Shown: positions 32,778-41,331 of the stretch, piece after piece
Layout of the letters: each line of letters begins with the position of its first letter
Position numbering within the stretch: the stretch's first letter is position 1
From: Vicinamibacterales bacterium
GTDB lineage: Bacteria; Acidobacteriota; Vicinamibacteria; Vicinamibacterales; UBA8438
Reading direction: 5' to 3'
DNA: 64,000 nt
Assembly: GCA_965208535.1 (NCBI GenBank)
Contig: CBDBOU010000002.1
Location: forward strand, 2,179,701-2,243,700
The notes under the pieces: model-generated
What the model was told of the DNA's origin: nothing
Databases searched by the model: none
What the model saw: only the letters and a program-made list of their open reading frames with translations
Translations under genes and position numbers: made by a program

Positions 32778-33242
32778 TCAGCGCGCCGGCATGTACAGGA
32801 GCCAGCGCAGCCGCGGGTGGCGCGCGGCGGCGGCGAGCAGCAGGGCGCGCACGTCGTTGCGGTCGAGGCCGCCGAGGCCGCAGCCGAGCGGCGGGACGGC
32901 GACCGAGCCGATCTCGTACTCGGTGCAGCAGGGGCCGATGGCGTCGATGGTGGAGCGCACCAGGGCGATGGGCGACGGGTCGCGCCAGTGGACCTTGGTG
33001 GGGCAGTGCAGCACGTGCCGGCCGTCGGGCAGGCGGTGCGCGTGGACGAGGCCGCGGCCGAGATCGCCGCTGCGCAGCGCGTCGCGGTAGGCGAGGAAGC
33101 TCGAGGGCCAGCGTCTGCGGAACTGCAGCGCCAGCCCGCGGCCCATCACGCCTGTCAGGTTCACCGGGTTGCAGATCGCGTCGGCCGGCGCGTCGAGCAG
33201 GTCGCCGGCCGTGAAGTTGACGTTGGCCGGTGCTTTCTGCAC
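32778..33242 (-). CDS. Stand-alone macro domain protein (ADP-ribose binding/hydrolase fold)
   Basis: FTAGDLLDAPADAICNPVNLTGVMGRGLALQF.. and SVAVPPLGCGLGGLD match the macro-domain N-x6-GG-type loop and the G-x-G-G motif. Confidence 0.8.
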   Translation of the reverse strand: MQKAPANVNFTAGDLLDAPADAICNPVNLTGVMGRGLALQFRRRWPSSFLAYRDALRSGDLGRGLVHAHRLPDGRHVLHCPTKVHWRDPSPIALVRSTIDAIGPCCTEYEIGSVAVPPLGCGLGGLDRNDVRALLLAAAARHPRLRWLLYMPAR

Positions 33243-33245
33243 CGC

Positions 33246-33482
33246 TCAGGCTCCCTGCGCGGTGCGCTTGCGCGCGAGGCGCTCCTGCTGGCGCAGCCTG
33301 CGGCGCTGCTCGGCGCTGCCCTGCACGGGCTTCGGGTAGCGGTCCGCCCGCGGCGCGCCCATTACGCGTCCGGCGAGGTTGCCGATCCCGCCGGCCATGG
33401 CCAGCGCGGTGGCGGAGAGTCCGAGGTCCCGCGGCGTCCAGCCGCCCGAGCGCTTCGGCTTGCGCTTGCGGTCGTCGATCAT
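33246..33482 (-). CDS. Small hypothetical protein (78 aa)
   Basis: High-GC3 frame, MIDDRKRKPKRSGGWTPRDLGLSATALAMAGGIGNLAG.., with a basic C-terminus. Confidence 0.5.
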   Translation of the reverse strand: MIDDRKRKPKRSGGWTPRDLGLSATALAMAGGIGNLAGRVMGAPRADRYPKPVQGSAEQRRRLRQQERLARKRTAQGA

Positions 33483-33686
33483 TGCTCTTCTCCTTCTGCG
33501 CCGTGCGGGCGCTGCGGCGTGTTGTTCGTGCGGGTTCGCTAGGGCGTCGGTCCGATTCGCCGTCCCGGCGGTGTCGAGTGTTTCTGCACAACGGCCGGCT
33601 TCGTCCGTGACGGGCCGGTGCGTGCGGGATTCGAAGCGTCGTTCGGATGCGGCGGGCGCCGTTTCCGCGGTGAGGTGTCGCCGGGG

Positions 33687-34115
33687 CTACCAGCGCAGGC
33701 AGGCGTCGGCGGGCGCGAGCATGTCGTCGACCGCGTCCAGAAGGGGAACGATGGCGCCGGTGTGCGGGTCGTCTTCGCGCTCGCTGTCGGCGACGTCGTG
33801 CCCGAGGTCGTCGACGACGTTGCGCTCGAGGTCGTCGGTGAGCATGCCTGAGACCACGATCTCGTACGGCGTCATGGCGTGGTTGAGCAGCCAGCGGCGG
33901 CGGTTGAAGCAGTGGATGCAGCGATCGCCGCTCGAGCGGTTCACCAGCCGCCCGCAGGTGCCGGATTCCAGCGGCAGGTCGACACCGGCGCACAGTCGCT
34001 TGTAGTAGAGCGGATCCGAGCGGTAGCGGCGCATGGCCGTCCGCTTCATGACGCGCTTGCGCAGGCGGCGCAGCGCGGCGAGCTCGCTCGGGCGCAGCAG
34101 GTCCTTGATGGGCAT
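33687..34115 (-). CDS. Cys-containing hypothetical protein (142 aa)
   Basis: MPIKDLLRPSELAALRRLRKRV..LCAGVDLPLESGTCGRLVNRSSGDRCIHCF.. The C-terminus is acidic. The ATG at 34115 is in frame with track ORF 33687..34292. Confidence 0.55.
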   Translation of the reverse strand: MPIKDLLRPSELAALRRLRKRVMKRTAMRRYRSDPLYYKRLCAGVDLPLESGTCGRLVNRSSGDRCIHCFNRRRWLLNHAMTPYEIVVSGMLTDDLERNVVDDLGHDVADSEREDDPHTGAIVPLLDAVDDMLAPADACLRW

Positions 34116-34416
34116 GGGCGTTCTCCGATGCGGGAATGGCCCGGAACGGGCCGGGTGAAGCGGGCCGTCAGGCCCCGGGGCGTGTCCGATAGCGGGTCTT
34201 CGACCGGCGGCGTGCGAGCCGGGGAGCAGGAATGCAAGGCGTTGCCTTGCCCGCCCGGCTCTCTCTCTACCCGCCCGCCCGATCTGTCCCATTCTCGCCT
34301 CTCCGCCGTCCTCCCTCGTGGCTTCGTCTCTTCTCGCGCCGACTCCGGGAGGCGCGTCGGTTCGGAGTAACGGTGGCGGGCCTTTTCCCTGTTGGCCGCG
34401 GCGCGGCCGATACCGC

Positions 34417-36528
34417 TTACAGCGGGCGTTCGGGTCCGAGCGGACCCATCTTCACGTCGCTCGGCGGTTTGGCGTGGGGGCCGGGGAGAGCGACGCTGGT
34501 CCGCAGGTTCTCGGGGATCTCGGCCAGGAAGGGCGACGGGGAGGTGGGCCGCTGCTTGTCGCCGTGCCCGGTGACGGCCGGCACGCTCAGGTACAGCTCC
34601 GTGCGTGCGCGGGTCATTCCGACGTAGGCGAGACGGCGCTCCTCCTCGATGGCGCCGCCGGTGTCGGTCGCCGCACCGACCGTGCGGCGGTGGGGCAGGT
34701 GCTCGGCGTCGAAGCCGGCGATGACGACCGTGTCGAACTCGAGCCCCTTGGCTCCGTGCAGCGTCGACAGGGTGACCCGTATGGTTCCGTCGTCCCGCTC
34801 GGGGGTTCGCATCGCCCGGCAGTGCTCGAGGAAGGCGCCCAGCCGCCGCCGGCCTGCGAGGGTGTCGGTGTCGGCGCCGCCGTCGTCATCGGCGAAGACG
34901 CTTGCGTCGTGGGCCAGCTCGGCGAGGTTGTCGAGCCGGTCCGCGGCGTCGCCGTCCGCCGATTCGGCCACGGCTCTTCGGTACCCGGTGCAGTCGAGCG
35001 TTTCGTCGACCAGCGCATCGAGCGCCAGCCGCCCGGCCGCGTCGTGCAGTGTGGCGGCCAGGTCGAGTCGCAGGCGCAGGTTCGTGGCGTGGTAGGTGGA
35101 CAGCGTGCGGCCGTGCGTGGCCCGCTCGGCGCGCTCCCGGAAGCTGCGGCCGGGCATCGAGTCGATCAGCGCGGAGGTCTTGCGCCCCGTCCGCGGGTGT
35201 GGGGGCAGCTCCACGAACCGGCGCATCGCCTCGTCGTCGTCGGGGTCCCAGGCGGCCTGCAGGCAGCAGAGCGCGTCGAGGATCTCCGGGCGGCTGTAGA
35301 AGCTCTCGCCGCCGGTGATCCGGTAGCGGATGCCCGCGCGCCGGAAGGCGTTCTCCAGCGGTCCCGACTGCGCGTTGGTGCGGTAGAGGACGGCGACCTC
35401 GCCGTCGTCCTGCCGGATGCGCGCGCCGGCGCGCTCGACGGCGAAGCCGGCCTCGGCCGCGGCGTCGGCCACGTGGTGCACGGCCGGGGGCTGCCCAGCC
35501 GGGTTGGCGCAGCGAAGCGTGTGGTCGAGCCGCTTGCCGTTGCTGCGGATCATCGCGCCTGCGGCCTCGAGCAGCCGCGCGGTCGAGCGGTAGGCCAGGT
35601 GCAGGTCGATGCGCCGGGCCTTCGGGAAGTCGTGATGGAAGTCGAGGATGTTCTGCAGCTCGGCCCCGCGCCAGCCGTAGATCGCCTGGTCGGGGTCGCC
35701 GACCACGAACACGTCGTCGCGGCCCTCGGCGATCTGGCGTACCAGCACGTACTGCGGCAGGTTCGTGTCCTGGTACTCGTCGACCAGCACCCGCGGGTGG
35801 CGCTCGCCGGCGGCGCGCCGCGCGTCGGGGCTCTCGTGCAGCAGGCGGACGGCGCTCAGGAGCATGTCGTCGAAGTCGAGACCATTGGCCTCGGTCAGCG
35901 CGGTCTGGTAGGCGGCGGCCAGCCTTGCGTTGCGCTCGGCGTAACCGTCGTCCTCCCACTCGTCGGGGTCGGCCGGCGTGCGCATCCGGTTCTTCAGCGT
36001 GCTGATGCGGTGCAGCAGCGCCTGCGGCTTGTGGATGCGGACGTCGACGTTCGCGTCGAACATGCACTGGCGCATGACGCCGATGCGCTCGACGCCCTCG
36101 ACGATCCGGAAGTCGGCGGGCACGTCGATCTCCGTGCCGTGCTCGCGCAGCAGGCGGCCGCAGAGGCGGTGGAATGTCGAGATCCAGACCCGCTGCGACT
36201 CGAACGACGGCAGCATCGTGCGCAGGCGGGCCGCCATCTCGTCGGCGGCCTTGCGCGTGAAGGTGATCGCGGCGATGCGGTCGGGGGCGGCGCGGCCGGT
36301 CCGGACCAGGTGCGCGATGCGGGCGCAGATGACGCGGGTCTTGCCCGAGCCGGGGCCGGCGATCACCAGCGTCGGGCCGTCGGGCGCGGTCACCGCCTCG
36401 CGCTGGCGGTCGTTCAGGCCGGCGAGCAGGCGTTCGTGCTCGCCGGCGGATGGTGCGGGAACGGTCGTGGACATGACGGGATCCGGGTGGCGCCGCGCAG
36501 CCGGGGACTGCCGGCCGGGCGGGTTCAC
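34417..36528 (-). CDS. UvrD/PcrA/Rep-family (SF1A) DNA helicase
   Basis: LNDRQREAVTAPDGPTLVIAGPGSGKTRV, ITFTRKAADEM, VLVDEYQDTN, VVGDPDQAIYGWRGA, YRSTARLLEA, STLHGAKGLEFDTVVI and RRLAYVGMTRAR. The GTG start at 36528 overlaps the upstream stop (GTGA). An alternative ATG is at 36474. Confidence 0.9.
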   Translation of the reverse strand: MNPPGRQSPAARRHPDPVMSTTVPAPSAGEHERLLAGLNDRQREAVTAPDGPTLVIAGPGSGKTRVICARIAHLVRTGRAAPDRIAAITFTRKAADEMAARLRTMLPSFESQRVWISTFHRLCGRLLREHGTEIDVPADFRIVEGVERIGVMRQCMFDANVDVRIHKPQALLHRISTLKNRMRTPADPDEWEDDGYAERNARLAAAYQTALTEANGLDFDDMLLSAVRLLHESPDARRAAGERHPRVLVDEYQDTNLPQYVLVRQIAEGRDDVFVVGDPDQAIYGWRGAELQNILDFHHDFPKARRIDLHLAYRSTARLLEAAGAMIRSNGKRLDHTLRCANPAGQPPAVHHVADAAAEAGFAVERAGARIRQDDGEVAVLYRTNAQSGPLENAFRRAGIRYRITGGESFYSRPEILDALCCLQAAWDPDDDEAMRRFVELPPHPRTGRKTSALIDSMPGRSFRERAERATHGRTLSTYHATNLRLRLDLAATLHDAAGRLALDALVDETLDCTGYRRAVAESADGDAADRLDNLAELAHDASVFADDDGGADTDTLAGRRRLGAFLEHCRAMRTPERDDGTIRVTLSTLHGAKGLEFDTVVIAGFDAEHLPHRRTVGAATDTGGAIEEERRLAYVGMTRARTELYLSVPAVTGHGDKQRPTSPSPFLAEIPENLRTSVALPGPHAKPPSDVKMGPLGPERPL

Positions 36529-37187
36529 ATCGTGCGCGCCGGCCCGCTTCGCTGGCGGTCGCGTGCGGCGGCGGCGTTGTGCGCAGGGGTCGGCGCCTTC
36601 GGCGGGGCCGTGTTGACATGGCCCGCCGTGAACGTCGGCATGCTCTTCGGCCGGTCGATGACGTCGGTGCGCGAGAAGTTCTGCGGGCCGTAGCTGCTTT
36701 TCTGCGACATGGTCGTGATCGACGGCCGGCCGGGCGAGCGCGGGTCGCGCGGGTCGCGCAGCGCCGCCTGGCGCGGTGGCAGGTCCTCGGGACGCACCGG
36801 CCGGTCGACGGTCGGCGCCTCGCGTGGGTCCCCGTGCGAGCGGGTCGCGTTGCGCGCCGCGCGTTCGGCCGCTCCGACTCCGGCCAGCTCCATCTCGCGG
36901 CGGTGGGCCTCGAGCACCGAGCGCAGGTGTTCGTTGGTGCGGCCGTCCCCGTCGCTCGCCCGGCCCGGGGCGTCGCGGGTGTGGTTGGCATGCTGCGACA
37001 CGATCCGGTCCATGTGCGCGTCGATGCTGCCGCCAGAGCCCGCACCCGGGGCGCCGGCGGCCGCGCGGGCGCGGATCGTGGCGACGCTCGAGGCGACGGA
37101 CTCGCGCACGTGGTGGTGCCGCGGCTGGGCCAGGGCCTGCTCGGTGGTGAGTGTCTCGCGCCGGTCGTCGTGGCGGTCGGCGGGCAT
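36525..37187 (-). CDS. Hypothetical, probably disordered protein (220 aa); first gene of the minus-strand array
   Basis: Very high GC3 and a coupled stop/start with the helicase gene. No motif was recognised. Confidence 0.5.
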   Translation of the reverse strand: MPADRHDDRRETLTTEQALAQPRHHHVRESVASSVATIRARAAAGAPGAGSGGSIDAHMDRIVSQHANHTRDAPGRASDGDGRTNEHLRSVLEAHRREMELAGVGAAERAARNATRSHGDPREAPTVDRPVRPEDLPPRQAALRDPRDPRSPGRPSITTMSQKSSYGPQNFSRTDVIDRPKSMPTFTAGHVNTAPPKAPTPAHNAAAARDRQRSGPARTM

Positions 37188-37222
37188 CTGTTCCTCCCCT
37201 CGGGTCGGCGGAACGCGTCTCT

Positions 37223-37237
37223 TACGCTAGCAGCGTA
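37223..37237. promoter_or_regulatory. Palindrome in the divergent intergenic region (candidate operator)
   Basis: TACGCT-AGC-AGCGTA lies in the gap between the minus-strand array (start 37187) and the plus-strand genes (start 37285). Confidence 0.3.
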
Positions 37238-37284
37238 CGGCAACGGCGGGGGCCGCCGGGCCGGGGACGGGAGGTTCGCGACAG

Positions 37285-37641
37285 ATGCGACTGCTGCTGT
37301 TCTTGCTCTATTACGGGATCGCGTTCCTGATGGGGTTCGTCATCCGTGCCCGGTTCGACACATGGATGTACTCGAAGCCGCACATGCAGGCGCGCCTGGT
37401 CGTCTGGGCTGCCGACACGGTGAGCTACGTCGAGAGCGGCGGTCCCGGTCCGGTGCTGCCCCCGGAGACCACCGACGCCCAGGCGTTCTCCCCGGTGCTC
37501 GGGCAGTCACGCATCGGCCGGCTCGCGCGGCGCGCGGACGCCGAGGATGCGGCCGGGGCGGTGTCCGAGGGGCTGGCCGGCGAGCAGCCGCCTGCCGCCG
37601 ACGACGGGTCCGGGGCGCCGCCGCCGGTGCGCCCGGCGTGA
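37285..37641 (+). CDS. Small membrane protein
   Basis: MRLLLFLLYYGIAFLMGFVIRARF is an N-terminal transmembrane helix, followed by a Pro/Ala-rich tail. Confidence 0.45.
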   Translation: MRLLLFLLYYGIAFLMGFVIRARFDTWMYSKPHMQARLVVWAADTVSYVESGGPGPVLPPETTDAQAFSPVLGQSRIGRLARRADAEDAAGAVSEGLAGEQPPAADDGSGAPPPVRPA

Positions 37642-37734
37642 GCGGGGCGTGGTATTTCCCTTTGCGAAACAAAGGCGGATGTGCGTACGGCGTGTTCGCG
37701 GGGTCGGGCTGCTCATGTTGCACGGAGGTGATCG

Positions 37735-39327
37735 GTGTCGGATGCGCTGCAGAAGTTGAGTCCGGAAGGGCTGGGCGGGCTGGACAAGGACCCCGAGGGT
37801 CTGGAGAAGGCGGTCGACAAGGCGTTCGCGGATGCCGCGAAGGACGTCTACGAGTACGAGGGCAAGACGTACACGGCGCATCCGGCGGCCACCGTCTTCC
37901 CATTGTTCACGGGCGAGGCGTTCGACAAGCTGGTCCTCAGCCTCCAGGTGAACGGGATGCGTCAGCCCGTGCTCCTGCTCGGGGACCAGATCGTCGACGG
38001 GCGCAACCGTTTTCGCGCCGCCAAGAAGGCGGGCGCCAGGATCATCTTCAAGCAGCTCGATCCGGGCGAGGACGCCTGTGTCGTCGCGATGGAGATGAAC
38101 GTCCTCCGCCGCGACCTGACGTCCGGTCAGCGAACGGCCCTGGCGTCCACGTTGCGGCGGATGGCGATGCGTATAGCAGCGATGCGGCGCGAGGAGGTGG
38201 CACGCGCCGGCCGCGAGAGCCGTGAGAAGGATCGTGCGGCTGCACAGGCCGCGGGCGTCGGCGAGGGTGGCTCCCTGGGTTCCGGCCTGTCCGGGACTCC
38301 CGCGGCCGGCGGTTCGGGCGGGGATGCCGTTTCGGGGGAGAGTGTCGATGCGGATTCGGCCGAAGCGGTGCAGACGCTGAACCCGTCGCTTCTGGACTCG
38401 CCTCCTTCGGCGCTTGCGACCCGTGCGAAGGCGGCGGAGGCCGCCGGCGTATCGGAGAGCTCGATCAAACGGTTCGACAAGGTGGTCGACAAGGCTCCGG
38501 AACTCCAGGAGCCGATCGCGGCGGGGGAGATGACCGTTGCCGATGCCGCGGTCGTCAGCGAGGAGGATCCGGAGGTCCGCCAGCAGGCCGTCGAGGACGT
38601 TCGCGCGGGCCGCGCGCGCACCGGGGCGGAGGCCATCGAGCAGCGGACCGGTCGGGCGCCGAAGGCGCGTACGCGCCAGCAGAGGTCGGTCGGCGGGAAG
38701 GCGCAGGGGGACGGTGCCGCCGAGGGGATGCCGCCGCTGCCGGCGTTTGGCGCCGTCGGCGGCAAGGACGCTGCTTCCGGTTCGTCTCCGGACCCTTCCT
38801 CCGCGTCTGCGTCGTCGCAGCCGTCGCGGGCCACGCTCCCGGACCTGGCGATGTCGCCGATGCTGTTGCTGGCCGGCGTGCGCAAGGTCATGCCGAAGAT
38901 AAACCTGGACCCGTGCTCGTCGGAGATCGCGAACGGGAAGGTCCGGGCGCTGCGGTACTTCAGCCGTGAGGATGACGGCTTGCAGCAGGCATGGGACGCG
39001 GAAGACGTCTACGTGTTTCCGCCGTCGAAGTCCGCGGGGCGCTTCGCCTCGAAGCTGACGGGGGAGATGTTCGCCGGGCGCGTGCGGCGTGCGCTGTTTC
39101 TCGTTCCGTCCGACCTGTCCGATCAGGACCAGGCCGTGCTGCTGCGCAGCACCCAGTTGACCGGAATCGTGTACGAGACCGAACGGACCTCGTACGACGT
39201 CGAGGGTAGCGGAAAGGCCAAGGCTCCCTCCCGGATGGTGCTCTACGTGTTCGGGATCGAGAAGAAGGAGCTGTACTCCGCGTTCGAGTCGTGGGGCAAG
39301 GTGTTCGTCACCGCTGGCAGGCAGTGA
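37735..39327 (+). CDS. ParB/Srx-like N-terminal domain fused to a phage Dam-like N6-adenine DNA methyltransferase-like C-terminal domain
   Basis: The N-terminus has MRQPVLLLGDQIVDGRNRFRAAKKAG (ParB-type DGxxR). The middle is a low-complexity linker. The C-terminus reads INLDPCSSEIANGKVRALRYFSREDDGLQQAWDAEDVYVFPPSKS, which resembles the phage Dam family, but the (D/N)PP(Y/F) position reads FPPS. Confidence 0.7.
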   Translation: MSDALQKLSPEGLGGLDKDPEGLEKAVDKAFADAAKDVYEYEGKTYTAHPAATVFPLFTGEAFDKLVLSLQVNGMRQPVLLLGDQIVDGRNRFRAAKKAGARIIFKQLDPGEDACVVAMEMNVLRRDLTSGQRTALASTLRRMAMRIAAMRREEVARAGRESREKDRAAAQAAGVGEGGSLGSGLSGTPAAGGSGGDAVSGESVDADSAEAVQTLNPSLLDSPPSALATRAKAAEAAGVSESSIKRFDKVVDKAPELQEPIAAGEMTVADAAVVSEEDPEVRQQAVEDVRAGRARTGAEAIEQRTGRAPKARTRQQRSVGGKAQGDGAAEGMPPLPAFGAVGGKDAASGSSPDPSSASASSQPSRATLPDLAMSPMLLLAGVRKVMPKINLDPCSSEIANGKVRALRYFSREDDGLQQAWDAEDVYVFPPSKSAGRFASKLTGEMFAGRVRRALFLVPSDLSDQDQAVLLRSTQLTGIVYETERTSYDVEGSGKAKAPSRMVLYVFGIEKKELYSAFESWGKVFVTAGRQ

Positions 39328-39890
39328 GGGTGGGAGCGGTGTTCTCGCGCACCTGGCTTGCGGTGCTGGCCGGTTCGCTCGCCCTGTGGGGGATGGGTCG
39401 CCTCGGCGGCGTGTCGCTGCCGGAGCCGGTCGGCAGTCAGCCGCCCGTCTTGACGGCCCGTTCGTCGGCAGCCGCGGCGGAGGCGGTGCCCGCGCTGGCG
39501 GCGTGTCTCGAGGACGTCGCCGCACTGGATCCGGACGCGGCGGCCGGTTCGGACGTCCTGCCGGTCGCGGGGCGGTACGGCCGGTGGTGCCGTCCGCTGC
39601 TCGACGGCGAAGCGTTCGACGCGTTCTCCGTCGTGTACGGCGAGCGGTCGCGGGCGGTGGTGCTCGCGATCCTCGAGCGCGAGCAGCGGCTGGCGGCCGA
39701 GCTGGCCGCCGACCCGCGGCGCGGGACGCTCGCTCCGGACGTGATCTGGGCCGCGGCGTTGCGCCGGGCGGCCTCGGACGTGCGGGTGTTCGATGTCGAG
39801 CTGTCCGGGTGGTTCGACGCGTGGTCTCCGGTCCGCACCGGCGCTGCGGGGGGCGGCCGCGCGTCGCACGTTGCGGCGGCGGGACGGTAA
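39324..39890 (+). CDS. Hypothetical secreted protein
   Basis: The GTG at 39324 overlaps the upstream stop (GTGA). The N-terminus VRVGAVFSRTWLAVLAGSLALWG is signal-peptide-like. Confidence 0.5.
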   Translation: MRVGAVFSRTWLAVLAGSLALWGMGRLGGVSLPEPVGSQPPVLTARSSAAAAEAVPALAACLEDVAALDPDAAAGSDVLPVAGRYGRWCRPLLDGEAFDAFSVVYGERSRAVVLAILEREQRLAAELAADPRRGTLAPDVIWAAALRRAASDVRVFDVELSGWFDAWSPVRTGAAGGGRASHVAAAGR

Positions 39891-40642
39891 TGGTCCTGAT
39901 GTCGCGTGTCGTAATAGCCGTCCTGTTTGCTGCCGCGCTGGCGGCCTGCGTGCGCAACCCGCTGCCTGAAGCGCTGGCGCCTGCGCCAACGGGCACTGGT
40001 CCCGGCGATCCGGTGGATTCCGAGTCCGCCCCGGAGGTGCGAACGGAGTCTTCAGGCCCGGTAGACCGAAGGCCCTGGGAGAGGTACCGGGCGGCGTCGC
40101 GCTCGGTGAGGGGCGTGGAGCATTCCGCTGCGCCTCTGCCGCGGCAGTGGCGCGGGCTGACCGTCGCCGAGCCGGCGCGCTGCGCGGCGTTCGACGGGGC
40201 GGACTATGCGGCGGCGGGTCTGCCGGTCCCCCGTCTTCGGGACGAAGGGGGCCGGTTCCGCGAGCCGCTGGGCTGCTCGCTGTTCGGCGCTGGCGGCCGG
40301 ACGGTCCGAGCGGGACGCGTGGTTTCGGCGGCGGCGGCGCATGACGCCGGGCTGTGCGGTCGCCCGGAGGCCCGGGCGGCGTTCGCCGGGGACCCGGACA
40401 ACCGGTTGTACCTGTCCGCCGTGGTTGACGCGGCGCGGGAAGAGGCGGTGGCGCGCGGGGACGCGGAGTGGCTGCCGGGCCGCAACCTGTGCTGGTACGT
40501 GGGAACGCAGTTGCGGGTCCGCCGGCGCTACGGGCTCAGCGTGTCGCCGTGGGAGGCGCGCCTGTTCGAGGCGGCGTTGCGGGGTTGTCCCGCGGTGGCC
40601 CAGGCTCCGACCTGCGACGTTCGCCGGGGCGACGTATGGTGA
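39890..40642 (+). CDS. Lipoprotein with DUF1524/HNH-like (His-Me finger) nuclease C-terminal region
   Basis: TAATG start overlap at 39888-39892. The lipobox-like VLFAAALAAC is present. The C-terminus GDPDNRLYLSAVVDAAREEAVARGDAEWLPGRNLCWYVGTQLRVRRRYGLSVSPWEARLFEAALRGC resembles the D..N..K..W.P....C.Y...W..VK..Y.L pattern, although the usual N/K positions are altered. Confidence 0.55.
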   Translation: MVLMSRVVIAVLFAAALAACVRNPLPEALAPAPTGTGPGDPVDSESAPEVRTESSGPVDRRPWERYRAASRSVRGVEHSAAPLPRQWRGLTVAEPARCAAFDGADYAAAGLPVPRLRDEGGRFREPLGCSLFGAGGRTVRAGRVVSAAAAHDAGLCGRPEARAAFAGDPDNRLYLSAVVDAAREEAVARGDAEWLPGRNLCWYVGTQLRVRRRYGLSVSPWEARLFEAALRGCPAVAQAPTCDVRRGDVW

Positions 40643-40664
40643 CCGGTGGCGTGGTCTGTCGGCG

Positions 40665-41099
40665 TCAGTGGACTGTTGAAACGTTCGGGTGTTTCCGGTT
40701 CGTCTCGGACACTTTCCGGATGTAGGCGACGCACTCGACGAGTAGTTCCACCAGGTCTTCGGCCATTTGGTACGTGGCGGTTCCCGCCGTCGCGTGCCGT
40801 TCGATGATCTGGACGATCTGGTCGAGATCGAATTCGCTGTCCTTGGGTATGGCGTTGATGATGGTCTCGTGGTGGTCACCAGCATCTCCAGCGGCGCTCT
40901 GACGTAGATCTCGTCGATGGCGTCGATCTCGTCACGCGTGCATCCGTCCCTCTCGGCGCGAGTCGCCTCGGCGTGCAGATCGCACGTTGCCTTGTCGAGT
41001 GCGGCCAGGTGCTCGTCGATTCTTGCGGATCACCCGTTCGATGCAGCTTGTCGAACGCTCGTTGCCGGACCGTGCGCAACGGTCGGGGTTCTTGGGCAT
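40665..41099 (-). pseudogene. Frameshifted hypothetical gene (lower GC than its surroundings)
   Basis: Three protein-like pieces lie in different minus frames: MPKNPDR.. from 41099, RIDEHLAALDKATCDLHAEATRAERDGCTRDEIDAIDEIYVRAPLEML, and ETIINAIPKDSEFDLDQIVQIIERHATAGTATYQMAEDLVELLVECVAYIRKVSETNRKHPNVSTVH, ending at the stop 40667-40665. The last two pieces lack start codons. Confidence 0.4.
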
Positions 41100-41331
41100 G
41101 GAGAGTCCTGCTGTTCGGATTCCGGGATTGCGAGTCGGCGCACGCGCCGTAGAGAGTGTGCGGGACGTTGCCGGGTTTGCGCTGGCTTCGTGGCGGGCTT
41201 GCGCGCTCGTGTTTCGGGTTGTCGGCGTTCCGCGCGTTCGCGCTCTTGGTGTTCGCGTCGCGGTTATTGCGACGGCACCTGACATGAGGTCCGCATACTC
41301 GTCGCTGACAGCGGAACGCGGGAGGAAGTGG

